Shown here: one piece after another, positions 19,605-29,906 of the stretch | How the letters are laid out: every line of letters starts with the position of its first letter | Numbering within the stretch: position 1 is the first letter of the stretch | Assembly: GCA_019057865.1 (NCBI GenBank) | Contig: JAHLWP010000003.1 | Location: 148,192 to 212,191, forward strand | Length of the DNA stretch: 64,000 bases | Direction: 5' to 3' | Source: Promethearchaeota archaeon | GTDB taxonomy: Archaea > Asgardarchaeota > Lokiarchaeia > Sigyniarchaeales > SOKP01 | Made by a program: the position numbers and the translations under genes | Notes under the pieces: model-generated | Seen by the model: only the letters and a program-made list of their open reading frames with translations | Database searches by the model: none | Told to the model about the DNA's origin: nothing

Positions 19605-20411
19605 ATGCTAAACAGCAATTCCAAAATAGAAATTAAAATTGCGAATAATATCATCTATTATTTAATTATTTTTTTTATCTTCTTATTTTGGTTCTCTTAT
19701 TCTACTTATGATAATATCTCAATTCTAATTTTAATCTGTTTTTCCATTTTATCCCTAATAATTTACTCACTAATTAAAAATCTAAGGAAAGGCATGGAAT
19801 TAGGAACCAAAATTTTTCATATTTTGTTAATTTTCATTCCAATTACTTTTCTTTTAGACATAATATATTTTTATGAGCCATTTACTCCTCCTTTTTTTAT
19901 TCCCTTTTATGATTTAGTAGGTATAAAACATCAACATAACATAATTTTAATCCTACTATTGTTTTCACTAATATTTGTAAAATTAATAGGAGTTAAAATC
20001 TATTTTTCGATAAGTATGAAAATTAATACAGATTGGAAGGGAGATGAGATATTTGAATTTTTCGCTCAAGATATAATCAATAAAAAGATAATTCTTTTAA
20101 TAATTCTCTTTCCTCTTGGAGCCTTAGTGGAGGAATTTATTTACAGATGTTTATTTTTAAGCGTTTTGATTTATTTCCTCAATTGGGATCTTGTTTTTAG
20201 TATATTTTTTATTTCAGGTCTATTTGGAATAGCACATTATTCTGCTTCGAAAAATTTGGGTCATGTACTTTCTACTCTAATATCCTCCATCATTTATTTT
20301 TATGCATTAATTAATTTGGGTTTATTATATCCTTGGATATTTCATTTTCTTACAAATATTTTTGTCGTATTATTTTATGTTCAAAATAGAAAGAAAAAGT
20401 TGACTAAATGA
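19605..20411 (+). CDS. CPBP (Abi/CAAX-like) intramembrane metalloprotease
   Basis: EEFIYR, FGIAHY and IFHFLTN motifs in a multi-TM protein. Confidence 0.85.
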   Translation: MLNSNSKIEIKIANNIIYYLIIFFIFLFWFSYSTYDNISILILICFSILSLIIYSLIKNLRKGMELGTKIFHILLIFIPITFLLDIIYFYEPFTPPFFIPFYDLVGIKHQHNIILILLLFSLIFVKLIGVKIYFSISMKINTDWKGDEIFEFFAQDIINKKIILLIILFPLGALVEEFIYRCLFLSVLIYFLNWDLVFSIFFISGLFGIAHYSASKNLGHVLSTLISSIIYFYALINLGLLYPWIFHFLTNIFVVLFYVQNRKKKLTK

Positions 20412-20463
20412 AGGAGAAAATATTAAATATTAATTCTATATGGTAAAAGATAATATATTTCTA

Positions 20464-20790
20464 TTAAGGTATTATCACAGAAGGATCTTCTTTTATTTTA
20501 TCTAAAACAATTTGAGTCTTAATTTCTTCTACTCCTGGGAGATTGCGAAGTTTTTCAATGAGTTCCATTGAATCAGAATGATCAAGACATTTTGCCATTA
20601 TAAATATTGGATATTCTCCAGTTATTATGTAAGCATATTTGATTTTTATCATTTCTTCTATTTTTTTCTTAATATCCTCTAAAGGGTAAGAAGAATTTAC
20701 TCGAAGTGATGATAGAATAGAATTATCTTCTAATATTCGGTCTAAAACAATCTCAGTTTTGACTTTTAAAAAGTAGAATTTTTTCTTCAC
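20464..20790 (-). CDS. Lrp/AsnC ligand-binding (RAM) domain, probably 5'-truncated
   Basis: YIITGEYPIFIMAKC...LRNLPGVEEIKTQIVLDKIKE. The N-terminal KVKTEIVLDRILED is the tail of a second RAM domain; no HTH. Confidence 0.65.
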   Translation of the reverse strand: MKKKFYFLKVKTEIVLDRILEDNSILSSLRVNSSYPLEDIKKKIEEMIKIKYAYIITGEYPIFIMAKCLDHSDSMELIEKLRNLPGVEEIKTQIVLDKIKEDPSVIIP

Positions 20791-20810
20791 TCTTCAGTAT
20801 ATTAGATCTT

Positions 20811-21266
20811 TTAATCTGAAAACATACTTTCTGGAAGAATCCAAACAGGGGGATCTCTTTTGAGCCCTTTTTTTTTAAGTTTTTCAAGCCTTTCTTTATA
20901 ATCGTTATAAAAATCATATCCAAAAACACAGATGCCATGATCAATAGCATCCAAAATGGATACAACGCCTTCATGAAACATTTTATTAAATTCATTAGCT
21001 CTATAACAAAATGCATCCAATCCTAAAGATAATTTATAATGTTCATAAATAATGGTTGACCTATTAATGAAAGGTTCTTTAAAATCTCCAACAAATATCA
21101 TATCTAGATCGCTATTTTCCATAAAATCACTTCTTGCTCTTGATCCAAATAAAATTACACATTCTAACGGCACTTTTTTGTTAATAATTTCCGATAATTT
21201 GATTAAATAATCCTTCAAATCAGCCTCTAATATTTTCTTTATTTCCTTTAATTTCTTTATTAACAA
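20811..21266 (-). CDS. Minimal nucleotidyltransferase (MNT) antitoxin
   Basis: ILFGSRARSDFMENSDLD motif; overlaps the HEPN gene. Confidence 0.9.
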   Translation of the reverse strand: MLIKKLKEIKKILEADLKDYLIKLSEIINKKVPLECVILFGSRARSDFMENSDLDMIFVGDFKEPFINRSTIIYEHYKLSLGLDAFCYRANEFNKMFHEGVVSILDAIDHGICVFGYDFYNDYKERLEKLKKKGLKRDPPVWILPESMFSD

Positions 21267-21636
21267 AATTGATTATTTTTTTCGCTTGATTCATCGCTAA
21301 TTCTGCTTCTTGTTTATGATAGGCTTTATGTGGTGCAATATTTGGAAGAGCATCAGGATAACGAGTTGTAATATAGTGTTTGTCAAGGCTTAGTGCTGTC
21401 CTTTCGATATCTTCAAAATTTGCATTTTTTATATCTTTATATTTTTCTAAAAGAGAGTGAATAGAATGACCCCATCCATAGAGTTTATTATGATATAACA
21501 AGGCTTTCACTGCTTTTTCTGCTGCTTGTTGACAATGAAAAACTACAGTATTGAATCTATCATTCTCAAATAAAATCTTAGCATTTTCTAAATCCCAGTT
21601 TGCTTCCTCTAGCCAATTGGCTATCCGTTCGTTCAT
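21220..21636 (-). CDS. HEPN-domain protein (HEPN-MNT pair)
   Basis: FHCQQAAEKAVKALL, GHSI and YITTRYPD motifs. Confidence 0.9.
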   Translation of the reverse strand: MNERIANWLEEANWDLENAKILFENDRFNTVVFHCQQAAEKAVKALLYHNKLYGWGHSIHSLLEKYKDIKNANFEDIERTALSLDKHYITTRYPDALPNIAPHKAYHKQEAELAMNQAKKIINFVNKEIKGNKENIRG

Positions 21637-21855
21637 AAAAGCGATTTTATTTTTTAAAAAGTTGTTCTATATTAAATATATCCTTTCAATTTTAAAAAAC
21701 TAGGTAGAAAGAGAATTATGATTTGCTCTTTTTTCACAGAAAAAGTCTTCAAAAAGGTTTGAAATATTACTCAAATTTTATTTGAACGTTTATTTTATTT
21801 TTGTTCCTTAAATTTTTAAGATCTGACGCTTGAATATTATAAAGTGGTTAAGTAA

Positions 21856-22030
21856 AATATTGATATTATCAATATTTATGATATTGATATTAAAGGAGGA
21901 TATTTAGGTTGTCTGCAGTGTGGGTATGATAATCAGTGTGTTTATAAAGATAAAGATGAATTTATGGAGTTTTGGAATCAAAAACTTAAAACTTCAGATA
22001 TTTTGATTTTTGTAGGAAATATAAAAGAGG
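21856..22030 (+). pseudogene. Internal fragment of an iron-sulfur flavoprotein / NADPH-dependent FMN reductase gene
   Basis: NIDIINIYDIDIKGGYLGCLQCGYDNQCVYKDKDEFMEFWNQKLKTSDILIFVG; no start or end of the gene, and the expected first Cys reads Tyr. Confidence 0.65.
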
Positions 22031-22281
22031 AAAATACCTGAATAAATTGAATCAATTATCCCAACAACACTATTCGCTACTGTATCTTTAGGAAATGTGT
22101 GCTTTAAAACTGCAAAAAATGTACCTATGGCTCCAATAATAATGAGAAAAGTAATGAAAATTGAGCTAAACTGCATAATTCCAATATCAGAAAGTATATT
22201 AATGAGAATAATAGGGAGAACTAAATAGAATACTGCTTTTAGTGTCCCATATATAATCATTTCTTTGATTTGAATTTTCAT
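21994..22281 (-). pseudogene. Membrane protein, apparently 3'-truncated
   Basis: Three TM helices, then the frame runs into the opposite-strand flavoprotein fragment. Confidence 0.5.
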
Positions 22282-22481
22282 TTACTCAAACCTTCATTTT
22301 TTGATTAGATTAGCTTCTTAATTGATGTTTTGTGATAATAATTACTTAGTGGAAATTATCATTAATAAATAGATCTATTAAAAAAATTTCCATTTTCCCC
22401 CTAAATTTTTACTCTAATTAAATTTTTTAACTTAACATTCTTTATATTTTTACAATATATGTATAAGATTTGTTATAATTC

Positions 22482-23216
22482 ATGGAATCAATAAATAATC
22501 TTTTTAAAAAAGCTATAAAATCTAGAGATTCAGAAGAAATTAATGAATTTCTAATTGAATTAAGTAAAGATCCAGAAAAAGAATATCTTACATTTTTAAA
22601 CTATTTCATTGATAATATTAACCTCCCAATTTTTGAAAAAATTAAGATAAATTTAATTTTTGCATTGGGCGAAATTGGAGAAAAAGTCCAATTGGATGAG
22701 AGATATCTAAAATTCTTAGAAGAAATATATTACATATCTGATAGGTGGGTAAGAAATGAAATAATTCAGGCAATAGATAAAATTTCAAGAAAATCAGAAT
22801 TGCCAGGATATCACCTCCAATTGATAAGATTTTCATTAATAGATGATTATGAACCAGTTGTTATTAATTCTTTAAAGATTTTACTTGGTTTACAAAATCT
22901 TCCTAATTTTATTTTGAAAAATGTCATACAAATTTTAAAATCTAAAAACTCTGAAATTATTCAGGAATGCTCCTTAATTTTACAAAAATTTATTCACGAT
23001 TCAAATCAATTATTTTTCTTATTAAATGATTCAGAGATGTATAAAAGTATTAAAAAGGGAACAATTCGATCTTTACTAATAGCTTACTTTAAATCAGTTA
23101 TAAACCTAGAATCCTTCAAAAAAAAGATAGAAAACGCTAATTGGGATAAAGATTCTAAAGAGAGATACATTAAAGAAATTGATACTTATGAAAGAATTTT
23201 GCTAAAAAATCTATAA
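22482..23216 (+). CDS. HEAT-repeat protein
   Basis: LIFALGEIG, SDRWVRNEIIQAIDKI and LIDDYEPVVINSLKIL. Confidence 0.7.
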   Translation: MESINNLFKKAIKSRDSEEINEFLIELSKDPEKEYLTFLNYFIDNINLPIFEKIKINLIFALGEIGEKVQLDERYLKFLEEIYYISDRWVRNEIIQAIDKISRKSELPGYHLQLIRFSLIDDYEPVVINSLKILLGLQNLPNFILKNVIQILKSKNSEIIQECSLILQKFIHDSNQLFFLLNDSEMYKSIKKGTIRSLLIAYFKSVINLESFKKKIENANWDKDSKERYIKEIDTYERILLKNL

Positions 23217-23226
23217 TCTAATAGAT

Positions 23227-24456
23227 TTATTCATATTTTACAAGAATATCATCTAATTCTTCATAAGAAAAAATTATTTCATTAAATATTTTTATTAAAA
23301 ATTTTATTATTTCTCTCGGATTACCATTGGACTTATTGAATATATATTTTAAAACTTTTTCATTTAAAGGATAATAAGAATCTGGATTTTCCTTAAGAAA
23401 TTCAACATAATTTATATTTTCGAGGAATTGTTCCATTGCTTTCTTATAAAATTGGAACATATCTCGCTCATCCAAACCTAACATAAATAGAGGTTCTTTT
23501 AAGAAAAGTAAGAGTTTTCTATTCTTTTCTTCAATCATTTTTTTTATTTCTTCAAATGAATCAATTGATTTTAGGGTAATAATAGTTCTTATTCCATGTA
23601 TCTCCTGTAAATTGAGAATTTTTCCAAATATTTTTTTAGCAGTCCTAATTTCGGGTAAAGAACGATTTTGCGTTCCATAAAGCCAACTTGGATCAAATAC
23701 TTCTTCAATTTCATCTGTTTCTTCTTCAGCAGCCTTCATCATAGAGAGAATTTTTTCAAAATCATCAATAAAAAGTACACTTCCTAATTTTGAATTTTCA
23801 ATTAGAATTTTCAACATTAAAAATGAATTAACTTCTTTTCTTAAATCGTGTGTTAAATTTAATCTCGATAATTCTCTTACATCCATTAATTCTCCAAGAA
23901 ACCACCTTTCAGCATCTATTTTTTTATAAGGATCTAATTGATGAGCTGTAATTGCATTTATTACATCTTTTAATGCAATTTCATCATCAAACATTGATGA
24001 CCAATTTTCACAAGCAGTTTTTCTTACTTTATTGATATCGGCTACATGAAAAAATCCAAATTTTCTCTCTAATGCACCCCAACTATTACATAATTGATTA
24101 GCAATGTATCTTAATGGTTCAATTCCCAAATTTTCAATAAATTCTGAATATGTATTATAATAAAATTTCTTATATACATTCTCTAATGAAACATATACAG
24201 TATTATGATAATATAATTTATTTTTTAGTGCCCAATATAAATGTGTCTTTCCAATTCCTACTCCTCCTATAATAGGTAGGATAAAATTTTCATTATTCTC
24301 AATTATATTTATTATTGATTCTAATAAATCCTGTCTTGATTGAACTAGACTAAGCTCTTCCTTAAACTCACCTGTAGATACAAATTTTTTAAAAGGGGAG
24401 CCAAGAATTTTTAAGAAATACAATAATTTTTGTTTAGTATTTTCGAAAAGTAGCAT
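23227..24456 (-). CDS. AAA+/P-loop ATPase (DUF2791/BrxD- or Orc-like)
   Basis: Walker A GGVGIGKT, Walker B VLFIDDFE, AERWFLG and sensor GNPREII. Confidence 0.75.
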   Translation of the reverse strand: MLLFENTKQKLLYFLKILGSPFKKFVSTGEFKEELSLVQSRQDLLESIINIIENNENFILPIIGGVGIGKTHLYWALKNKLYYHNTVYVSLENVYKKFYYNTYSEFIENLGIEPLRYIANQLCNSWGALERKFGFFHVADINKVRKTACENWSSMFDDEIALKDVINAITAHQLDPYKKIDAERWFLGELMDVRELSRLNLTHDLRKEVNSFLMLKILIENSKLGSVLFIDDFEKILSMMKAAEEETDEIEEVFDPSWLYGTQNRSLPEIRTAKKIFGKILNLQEIHGIRTIITLKSIDSFEEIKKMIEEKNRKLLLFLKEPLFMLGLDERDMFQFYKKAMEQFLENINYVEFLKENPDSYYPLNEKVLKYIFNKSNGNPREIIKFLIKIFNEIIFSYEELDDILVKYE

Positions 24457-24495
24457 CTTAGTGATTCATAAAGATTTAAATTTTTAATTTTTATA

Positions 24496-25125
24496 TTAAG
24501 TAGTCTTGAGGGACTCACTTCCTAGGATTATTATAAAACCAACTACTTTATCATCTACATTAGCTAAAGGTTCAAAACTTATATTAAGATCCTCCTTTTG
24601 GTCTCGTCCTACAATTAAACAATCATAAAAGACAGGATCACCTTTATCATTAATTACAACTCTATCAGCAACTAGCATCCCATTTCTAATTAAAGCAACT
24701 GGATTTTTAAGAATTTCACCTTTAAAAAAATCAAGATGATTAATTCCTTGTTTATAATCATTTAAATACAATCCTGCAGTGTGTAAAAGAGTAATTGTAA
24801 ACGGAAATGCGTCAGAGAATTGTCCTTCGCTATAAAGTTCCATAATATCATTTGGCATTAAAACACAATACTCCAAGGCAGAATCCTCCAGATTTTCCCA
24901 GGAGAAATCAGATTTCCTCGAATAAGCAATCTTCTTTTCAGATATATCTTCAAATCCAACTAATAAGCCTTGAGAAATATTAATTCCTTCAGAATCTGTA
25001 ATTTTAATATTATCTGAAAAGATAATTGAGTCTTCATATTTTGAAATAATTGAACCTGTAAATTCTCCAATAATTTTAATTTCATTTATGGAATCATATA
25101 AGATAATTTTATCTGTGTTATTCAT
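24496..25125 (-). CDS. Hypothetical protein
   Basis: Clean 209-aa ORF with no motif recognised. Confidence 0.7.
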   Translation of the reverse strand: MNNTDKIILYDSINEIKIIGEFTGSIISKYEDSIIFSDNIKITDSEGINISQGLLVGFEDISEKKIAYSRKSDFSWENLEDSALEYCVLMPNDIMELYSEGQFSDAFPFTITLLHTAGLYLNDYKQGINHLDFFKGEILKNPVALIRNGMLVADRVVINDKGDPVFYDCLIVGRDQKEDLNISFEPLANVDDKVVGFIIILGSESLKTT

Positions 25126-25260
25126 TATCAGTACATTTATGATGATATATCGTATACATAATATTATGAACTCTGAATGTTACAACATTAATCTTATATA
25201 TTAAACTTTCCATATAATTTTAGGTAGAATATATTTAATTAATAAGCAAATTTCAAAAAA

Positions 25261-26505
25261 ATGGGCTCAAATATCCTTTATCAAAACATTTCGGAGTTAT
25301 CAAAAACAGATTTATTACAAAGAGCACAAGAATTTATTTTTTCCACTGGATTAAATGATGGAGCATCTCAATTGTGTAAAGCCAATATGAAATATGGAAT
25401 AGCACAATTTCAAATTATTCAAGAGAGATATGGATTTGAACCTAAAACAACGTTTATTTCTTCACCAGACGAGACAATTTCAAGAAATAATTTTCGATGG
25501 AACTCTGGTTTAGGATATGGAGGAAGATTAAATTGGGGATCTGGCAAGGAAAAATTGATATTTCTTAATATAAAACCTAATTGCTGTGGAATACTTATTG
25601 GAGGTATAAAAGAGGTTCCAGATCCATATGAAATAATCAAAAAGATCGATGATATAAAATCTAAAGAACTATACCATAATGATATCCTAATTAATTGGGA
25701 TTATGGAATATCTAATCATTTTATTAATTGTCTAGAAACAAGAAATCTATCAGATATAGACATTCCTCCTTATATAATTATGATTCATGGATCTGCTCCG
25801 GAATTTAGAGATGATAAATATGGGATAGGACTTTATGTAGATAAATCGAAAACGTTAAAAGAAAGAGCAATTGAAGAGGATACTAAATTTGGAAAGCAAT
25901 TCATTTTATTAGATACTGATGCAAAGGAATATTCAAATTTTAATAATAAAGCTCTAGAATTTTCAAGTAAAAAAAGAGAAATTATAGCTGATAACTTGTG
26001 TGATTATGACTATAAGGTTATTTGTAATCAACCCCATCAATTTCTAAAAGATTATAATAATATGTATTTAGGAAGCAATTGTACAGACACCAATTGTGAA
26101 ATCATAACCTCTAATATATTTCCAACGACTCTTAGGCCAGATATTGCTGCTTATCTATTTAAAGGTAAAAAAAATTTAACTGAAACAACATTAAGGAATA
26201 TAAATCTTTTAGACAGAGCAGAAAAATTAGAACTTTTGGATTTATTACAGAATTCGGATATATTACCTCACGGAGGTGGTTATCTTTTGTCTGATATTGT
26301 AGAAGTTCAAGATGTACTTGAATATAAAGATCAAAGATATTTTGTTACTTCTTTAAAATCAAATATAAGTAGATTGAAAATAATTAGAAATGTTAGAGAA
26401 TTACAATTTGAGTATAGAGGGCGTGATATAATTCTCAAAACAATCCAATTGGACCTTGGAGAAATTATTGCTCGCTTAAATCCTTTATTCTCCTTAAAAT
26501 TATAA
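25261..26505 (+). CDS. Divergent RtcB-like RNA ligase
   Basis: SPD, PNCCG, SNHFI, IHGS, PHQ, PHGGGY and the terminal ARLNPLFSLKL occur in RtcB order. Confidence 0.65.
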   Translation: MGSNILYQNISELSKTDLLQRAQEFIFSTGLNDGASQLCKANMKYGIAQFQIIQERYGFEPKTTFISSPDETISRNNFRWNSGLGYGGRLNWGSGKEKLIFLNIKPNCCGILIGGIKEVPDPYEIIKKIDDIKSKELYHNDILINWDYGISNHFINCLETRNLSDIDIPPYIIMIHGSAPEFRDDKYGIGLYVDKSKTLKERAIEEDTKFGKQFILLDTDAKEYSNFNNKALEFSSKKREIIADNLCDYDYKVICNQPHQFLKDYNNMYLGSNCTDTNCEIITSNIFPTTLRPDIAAYLFKGKKNLTETTLRNINLLDRAEKLELLDLLQNSDILPHGGGYLLSDIVEVQDVLEYKDQRYFVTSLKSNISRLKIIRNVRELQFEYRGRDIILKTIQLDLGEIIARLNPLFSLKL

Positions 26506-26544
26506 ATTTAAAAAAAGAAAAAAATGGTAAAAATCTAAAATCTT

Positions 26545-28596
26545 TTATTCGACTTTAGCACCGGAAGGTAAATCTTTATCCGGTGTTAGTATAGATACTT
26601 TATCACCTTCCACAGCAGCAAGAAGCATGCCTTCGCTTAAAATTCCTCTTAATTTTCTTGGTTCTAAATTAGTTAAAATAACAATCTTTTTACCAATTAA
26701 TTCATCAGCTTTATAGTGTTCTGCTAATCCGGCTACTAATGTTCTTTTTTCAGTTCCCAGATCAACAAAGAGTTTATAAAGCTTATCTGCTTTTGGAACT
26801 TTTTCAACTTTCTCAATTAAAGCAACCCTTATATCTAGTTTTTTAAAATCTTCATAAGAAACCAATTTTTTAACACCTTGTTTTCCTTTATTCTTTCTAA
26901 TTTGACTTAGTTTTTCTCTTAATTCATTTATCTCTAATTTTTGGAAAATTGGCATTGGAACTTTAATTTTATGCCCTTCTTTAAGAGCATTCTCATTTAT
27001 ACTATTCCATGACAATTGATTTAATTTTTCTGGAATATTTAAATAATCTAGAATTTTTTCGGATGTATCAGGAATGAATGGAGCTAATAAAATTGCTAAG
27101 GCATAAACAGCTTGGGCACATAAATTAAAGACATGTCCAGCAGCATTTTTATCTTTTTTTATCAAATGCCAAGGTGCCTTATTATTTAGGTAAACGTTTC
27201 CATCTCTTCCAAAATTAACAATTTCTCTTAACGCTCTTCTCAATTCAAATTTGTCTAATAATTCACCTACTAAATTACCTATCGATTTTAACCTAGTCAC
27301 AAATTCTCTATCAAGATCATCAAATCTTATCCTATTAGGAATTGTACTTTTGAATTGTTTATTTAAAAACGTCAATATTCGATGGATAAAATTTCCTATA
27401 ACATCATTTAAAGTCTTGATGTTATTGGCAAATTCAGACCAAAGAAATGATGTATCACTTTTTTCAGGTCTATTATAAATCAAATTAAAACGCCAATAAT
27501 CTAGTGGAGCTAATTCTAGTGCTTCATCAATCCATATTCCAACTCCTCTAGATTTTGAAAATTTATCATTTTCATACATCAACCATTCAGTTGATGAGAC
27601 ATTGTAAGGTAAGACTAACTTCTCTTTCTCGGTTTTATCATCATTGTAAGCCATTAATAAACCAGGAAATACAATCAAATGAAAAATTATATTATCCTTT
27701 CCAATAAAGTAAGCTGTTTTTGTATTATCATCTTTCCAAAAGTAATCAAATTTTTTTGGTTCATTTATCAATTTTTCTGCCCATTCTAAACAAGCACTTA
27801 TATAGCCAAGTACCGCTTCAAACCACACATATATAGTCTTTCCTTCAGCTCCTTTAAATGGTGCTGGGATTCCCCATTCTAAATCTCGCGTAATTGCTCT
27901 TTCAGGAAGTCCTTCTGCAATACTATTTAAGCACATTTGTCGAGCATTTTGGGGGATAATCTCGTTATTTTCAATTAATTTTTTTAAACGCTCTTGTAGT
28001 TTGGGAAAATTCATGTACCAATGTTTTGTTGATTGAATTTTAGGAGAATTACCACATATAGCGCATCTTGGTTTTTTTAATTCGAGAGGTGTTAACAACT
28101 TTTGGCAGTTATCACATTGATCTCCTCGTGCATCTTCAAAACCACAATGCGGACATATCCCTTCTACAAATCTATCTGGGAGAAAGAGATTATCTTTTTC
28201 ACAATATAGCGATTCAATCTCTTTTTCTAAGATATATCCATTTTTTTGAACATCAAGATAAAACTCTTGAACAAATCTAATATGAGTAGGATTATGGGTG
28301 ATTGTATAATTATCATACGAAATTTTCCATTCTTTAAACAAATTTTTAGTGATTTCATGGTTTCTCGTAGCTAATTCTTCCACAGCTACATTCTGCTTTT
28401 TAGCTGCTACAGCAACAGGAGTTCCATGGGAATCTGAGCCTGAAACAAAAACAACTTCATCTCCTTTTAATCTGAGATACCTAGCGAATATGTCTGCAGA
28501 TAAAACGCTTCCAATCATAGTTCCTAAATGGGGAATAGCATTCACATAAGGCCAAGCTGAAGTGATGACCCATTTAGTTTTGTTAATCGTAGTCAA
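26545..28596 (-). CDS. metG: Methionine--tRNA ligase with C-terminal tRNA-binding (Trbp111) domain
   Basis: TSAWPYVNAIPHLG (HIGH-like), zinc knuckles, KFSKS and NLEPRKLRGILSEGMLLAA. Confidence 0.97.
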   Translation of the reverse strand: MTTINKTKWVITSAWPYVNAIPHLGTMIGSVLSADIFARYLRLKGDEVVFVSGSDSHGTPVAVAAKKQNVAVEELATRNHEITKNLFKEWKISYDNYTITHNPTHIRFVQEFYLDVQKNGYILEKEIESLYCEKDNLFLPDRFVEGICPHCGFEDARGDQCDNCQKLLTPLELKKPRCAICGNSPKIQSTKHWYMNFPKLQERLKKLIENNEIIPQNARQMCLNSIAEGLPERAITRDLEWGIPAPFKGAEGKTIYVWFEAVLGYISACLEWAEKLINEPKKFDYFWKDDNTKTAYFIGKDNIIFHLIVFPGLLMAYNDDKTEKEKLVLPYNVSSTEWLMYENDKFSKSRGVGIWIDEALELAPLDYWRFNLIYNRPEKSDTSFLWSEFANNIKTLNDVIGNFIHRILTFLNKQFKSTIPNRIRFDDLDREFVTRLKSIGNLVGELLDKFELRRALREIVNFGRDGNVYLNNKAPWHLIKKDKNAAGHVFNLCAQAVYALAILLAPFIPDTSEKILDYLNIPEKLNQLSWNSINENALKEGHKIKVPMPIFQKLEINELREKLSQIRKNKGKQGVKKLVSYEDFKKLDIRVALIEKVEKVPKADKLYKLFVDLGTEKRTLVAGLAEHYKADELIGKKIVILTNLEPRKLRGILSEGMLLAAVEGDKVSILTPDKDLPSGAKVE

Positions 28597-28673
28597 TTTA
28601 AACTCACCTCTAATTCTGATTAATAAAAAGAAGGATCTCTTAAATATTTTAAATAAATGAAATTTAAAATGAT

Positions 28674-29855
28674 TTAGTCAAATGTAATTTTAGCACCACA
28701 ATATCTGCAAGCTTTGATTTCATTTTTCATTTTTTCAAGACATGGTTCATGATAATAAGAATGACATATTTCACATTGATAGACTTTAAAATCTCCTAAA
28801 AAGATACTATGGCAATATGAGCATGATTGATCGATTCTATCTACATTTTCTTCTGGAATTAATAACATCTCTGTAGTTTGGCTTATATTATCCTCTAATA
28901 TTGTTATTTTTTGAGCACTCTCAGCTTTTTCTTCTAGTAGTTTTAGTGTGGATTTTGGCAATTCTAACAAAAAAAAACAAAAGGGGCATCGAAATACTTT
29001 TTCGGTATATTCCGTTTTTTTTGCCCACATTGCAGCACAAGACAGATGCATAGGTCTACCACATGATGTGCAATATCTTCCTTCTGAAAAGAAGTCTGAT
29101 CCTGTTATGGGAGCTTTAAGTGAATGGCATATTTGGCATTTCTGTTGACTTCGATCTTTTCCACTCATCATTAAACTAATTTCTAAGACAGTAGGTCTTC
29201 TCAAAGGAAGAGCAATTTCACTAATCAAGGGGGGAATTTTATCTTGCTTATCAGGAGAAAAGTAATCTATTTCATCTTTTAATTCTTTTTTTGAAGCGTA
29301 AGATTTTCCAGCATTTATTAGTTCTTTTGAATTATTGAAAAAGCCAAATTTTCCCTTCGTAATCTTAGTTATTCTTTCTAATATGCTCAATTGGTAATCT
29401 TGTGTCACCCCTAATTGGCAAACATCGATATATATTCCCAATCCTTTAGCAATATTAATAATTTGTTCTATCTTTATAGGATCAATTTGTAATTTATTAT
29501 CACTTATTATGAAAATCCTTGGCACTTTACCACTTATTTTTCGCATTTCTTCAATAAGCATTTGCATAGCAAAAGCTAATCCGTCATGTAAACGTCCTTT
29601 ACCTGAGATTTGAATTTTTGTCAAAGATTCTATTAATTTATCTGAATTGTAAGCAAAGGAGATTACCATTTTAGGAGCTTCCCCAAAAGTCAATATCGAA
29701 ATCCTATCTTTTAAGTCAATTGATAATTTGGATTGAATAAAATTTCTAGCTGTCTGAAGTTCAACTATAAGTCTATTAGGTTTAAAGTCTCTTCTTAACA
29801 TAGACCTTGAAGTATCAAGAAGAAGGACTGTATCCTCTATTTTAAAGTCTTGCAA
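28674..29855 (-). CDS. vWA domain (Ssl1/p44- or Rpn10-like) fused to two RING/PHD-like C4HC3 fingers
   Basis: LLLDTSRSMLRRDFKPNRL; CQIC...CTSC..MHLSC..W...CPFC; CSYC...CEIC..YHEPC...CRYC. Confidence 0.8.
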   Translation of the reverse strand: MQDFKIEDTVLLLDTSRSMLRRDFKPNRLIVELQTARNFIQSKLSIDLKDRISILTFGEAPKMVISFAYNSDKLIESLTKIQISGKGRLHDGLAFAMQMLIEEMRKISGKVPRIFIISDNKLQIDPIKIEQIINIAKGLGIYIDVCQLGVTQDYQLSILERITKITKGKFGFFNNSKELINAGKSYASKKELKDEIDYFSPDKQDKIPPLISEIALPLRRPTVLEISLMMSGKDRSQQKCQICHSLKAPITGSDFFSEGRYCTSCGRPMHLSCAAMWAKKTEYTEKVFRCPFCFFLLELPKSTLKLLEEKAESAQKITILEDNISQTTEMLLIPEENVDRIDQSCSYCHSIFLGDFKVYQCEICHSYYHEPCLEKMKNEIKACRYCGAKITFD

Positions 29856-29906
29856 ATTTTCTTCGATACCATTATTTAAATAAGAATTAAATTAGGAAAA
29901 TTTTGT

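Noticed and set aside
20753-21016. 87-aa ORF overlapping the MNT gene
   Set aside because: Alternative frame of the MNT gene with no motif support.
23227-24456. BREX system
   Set aside because: No PglZ, PglX, BrxC or helicase partners in the window.
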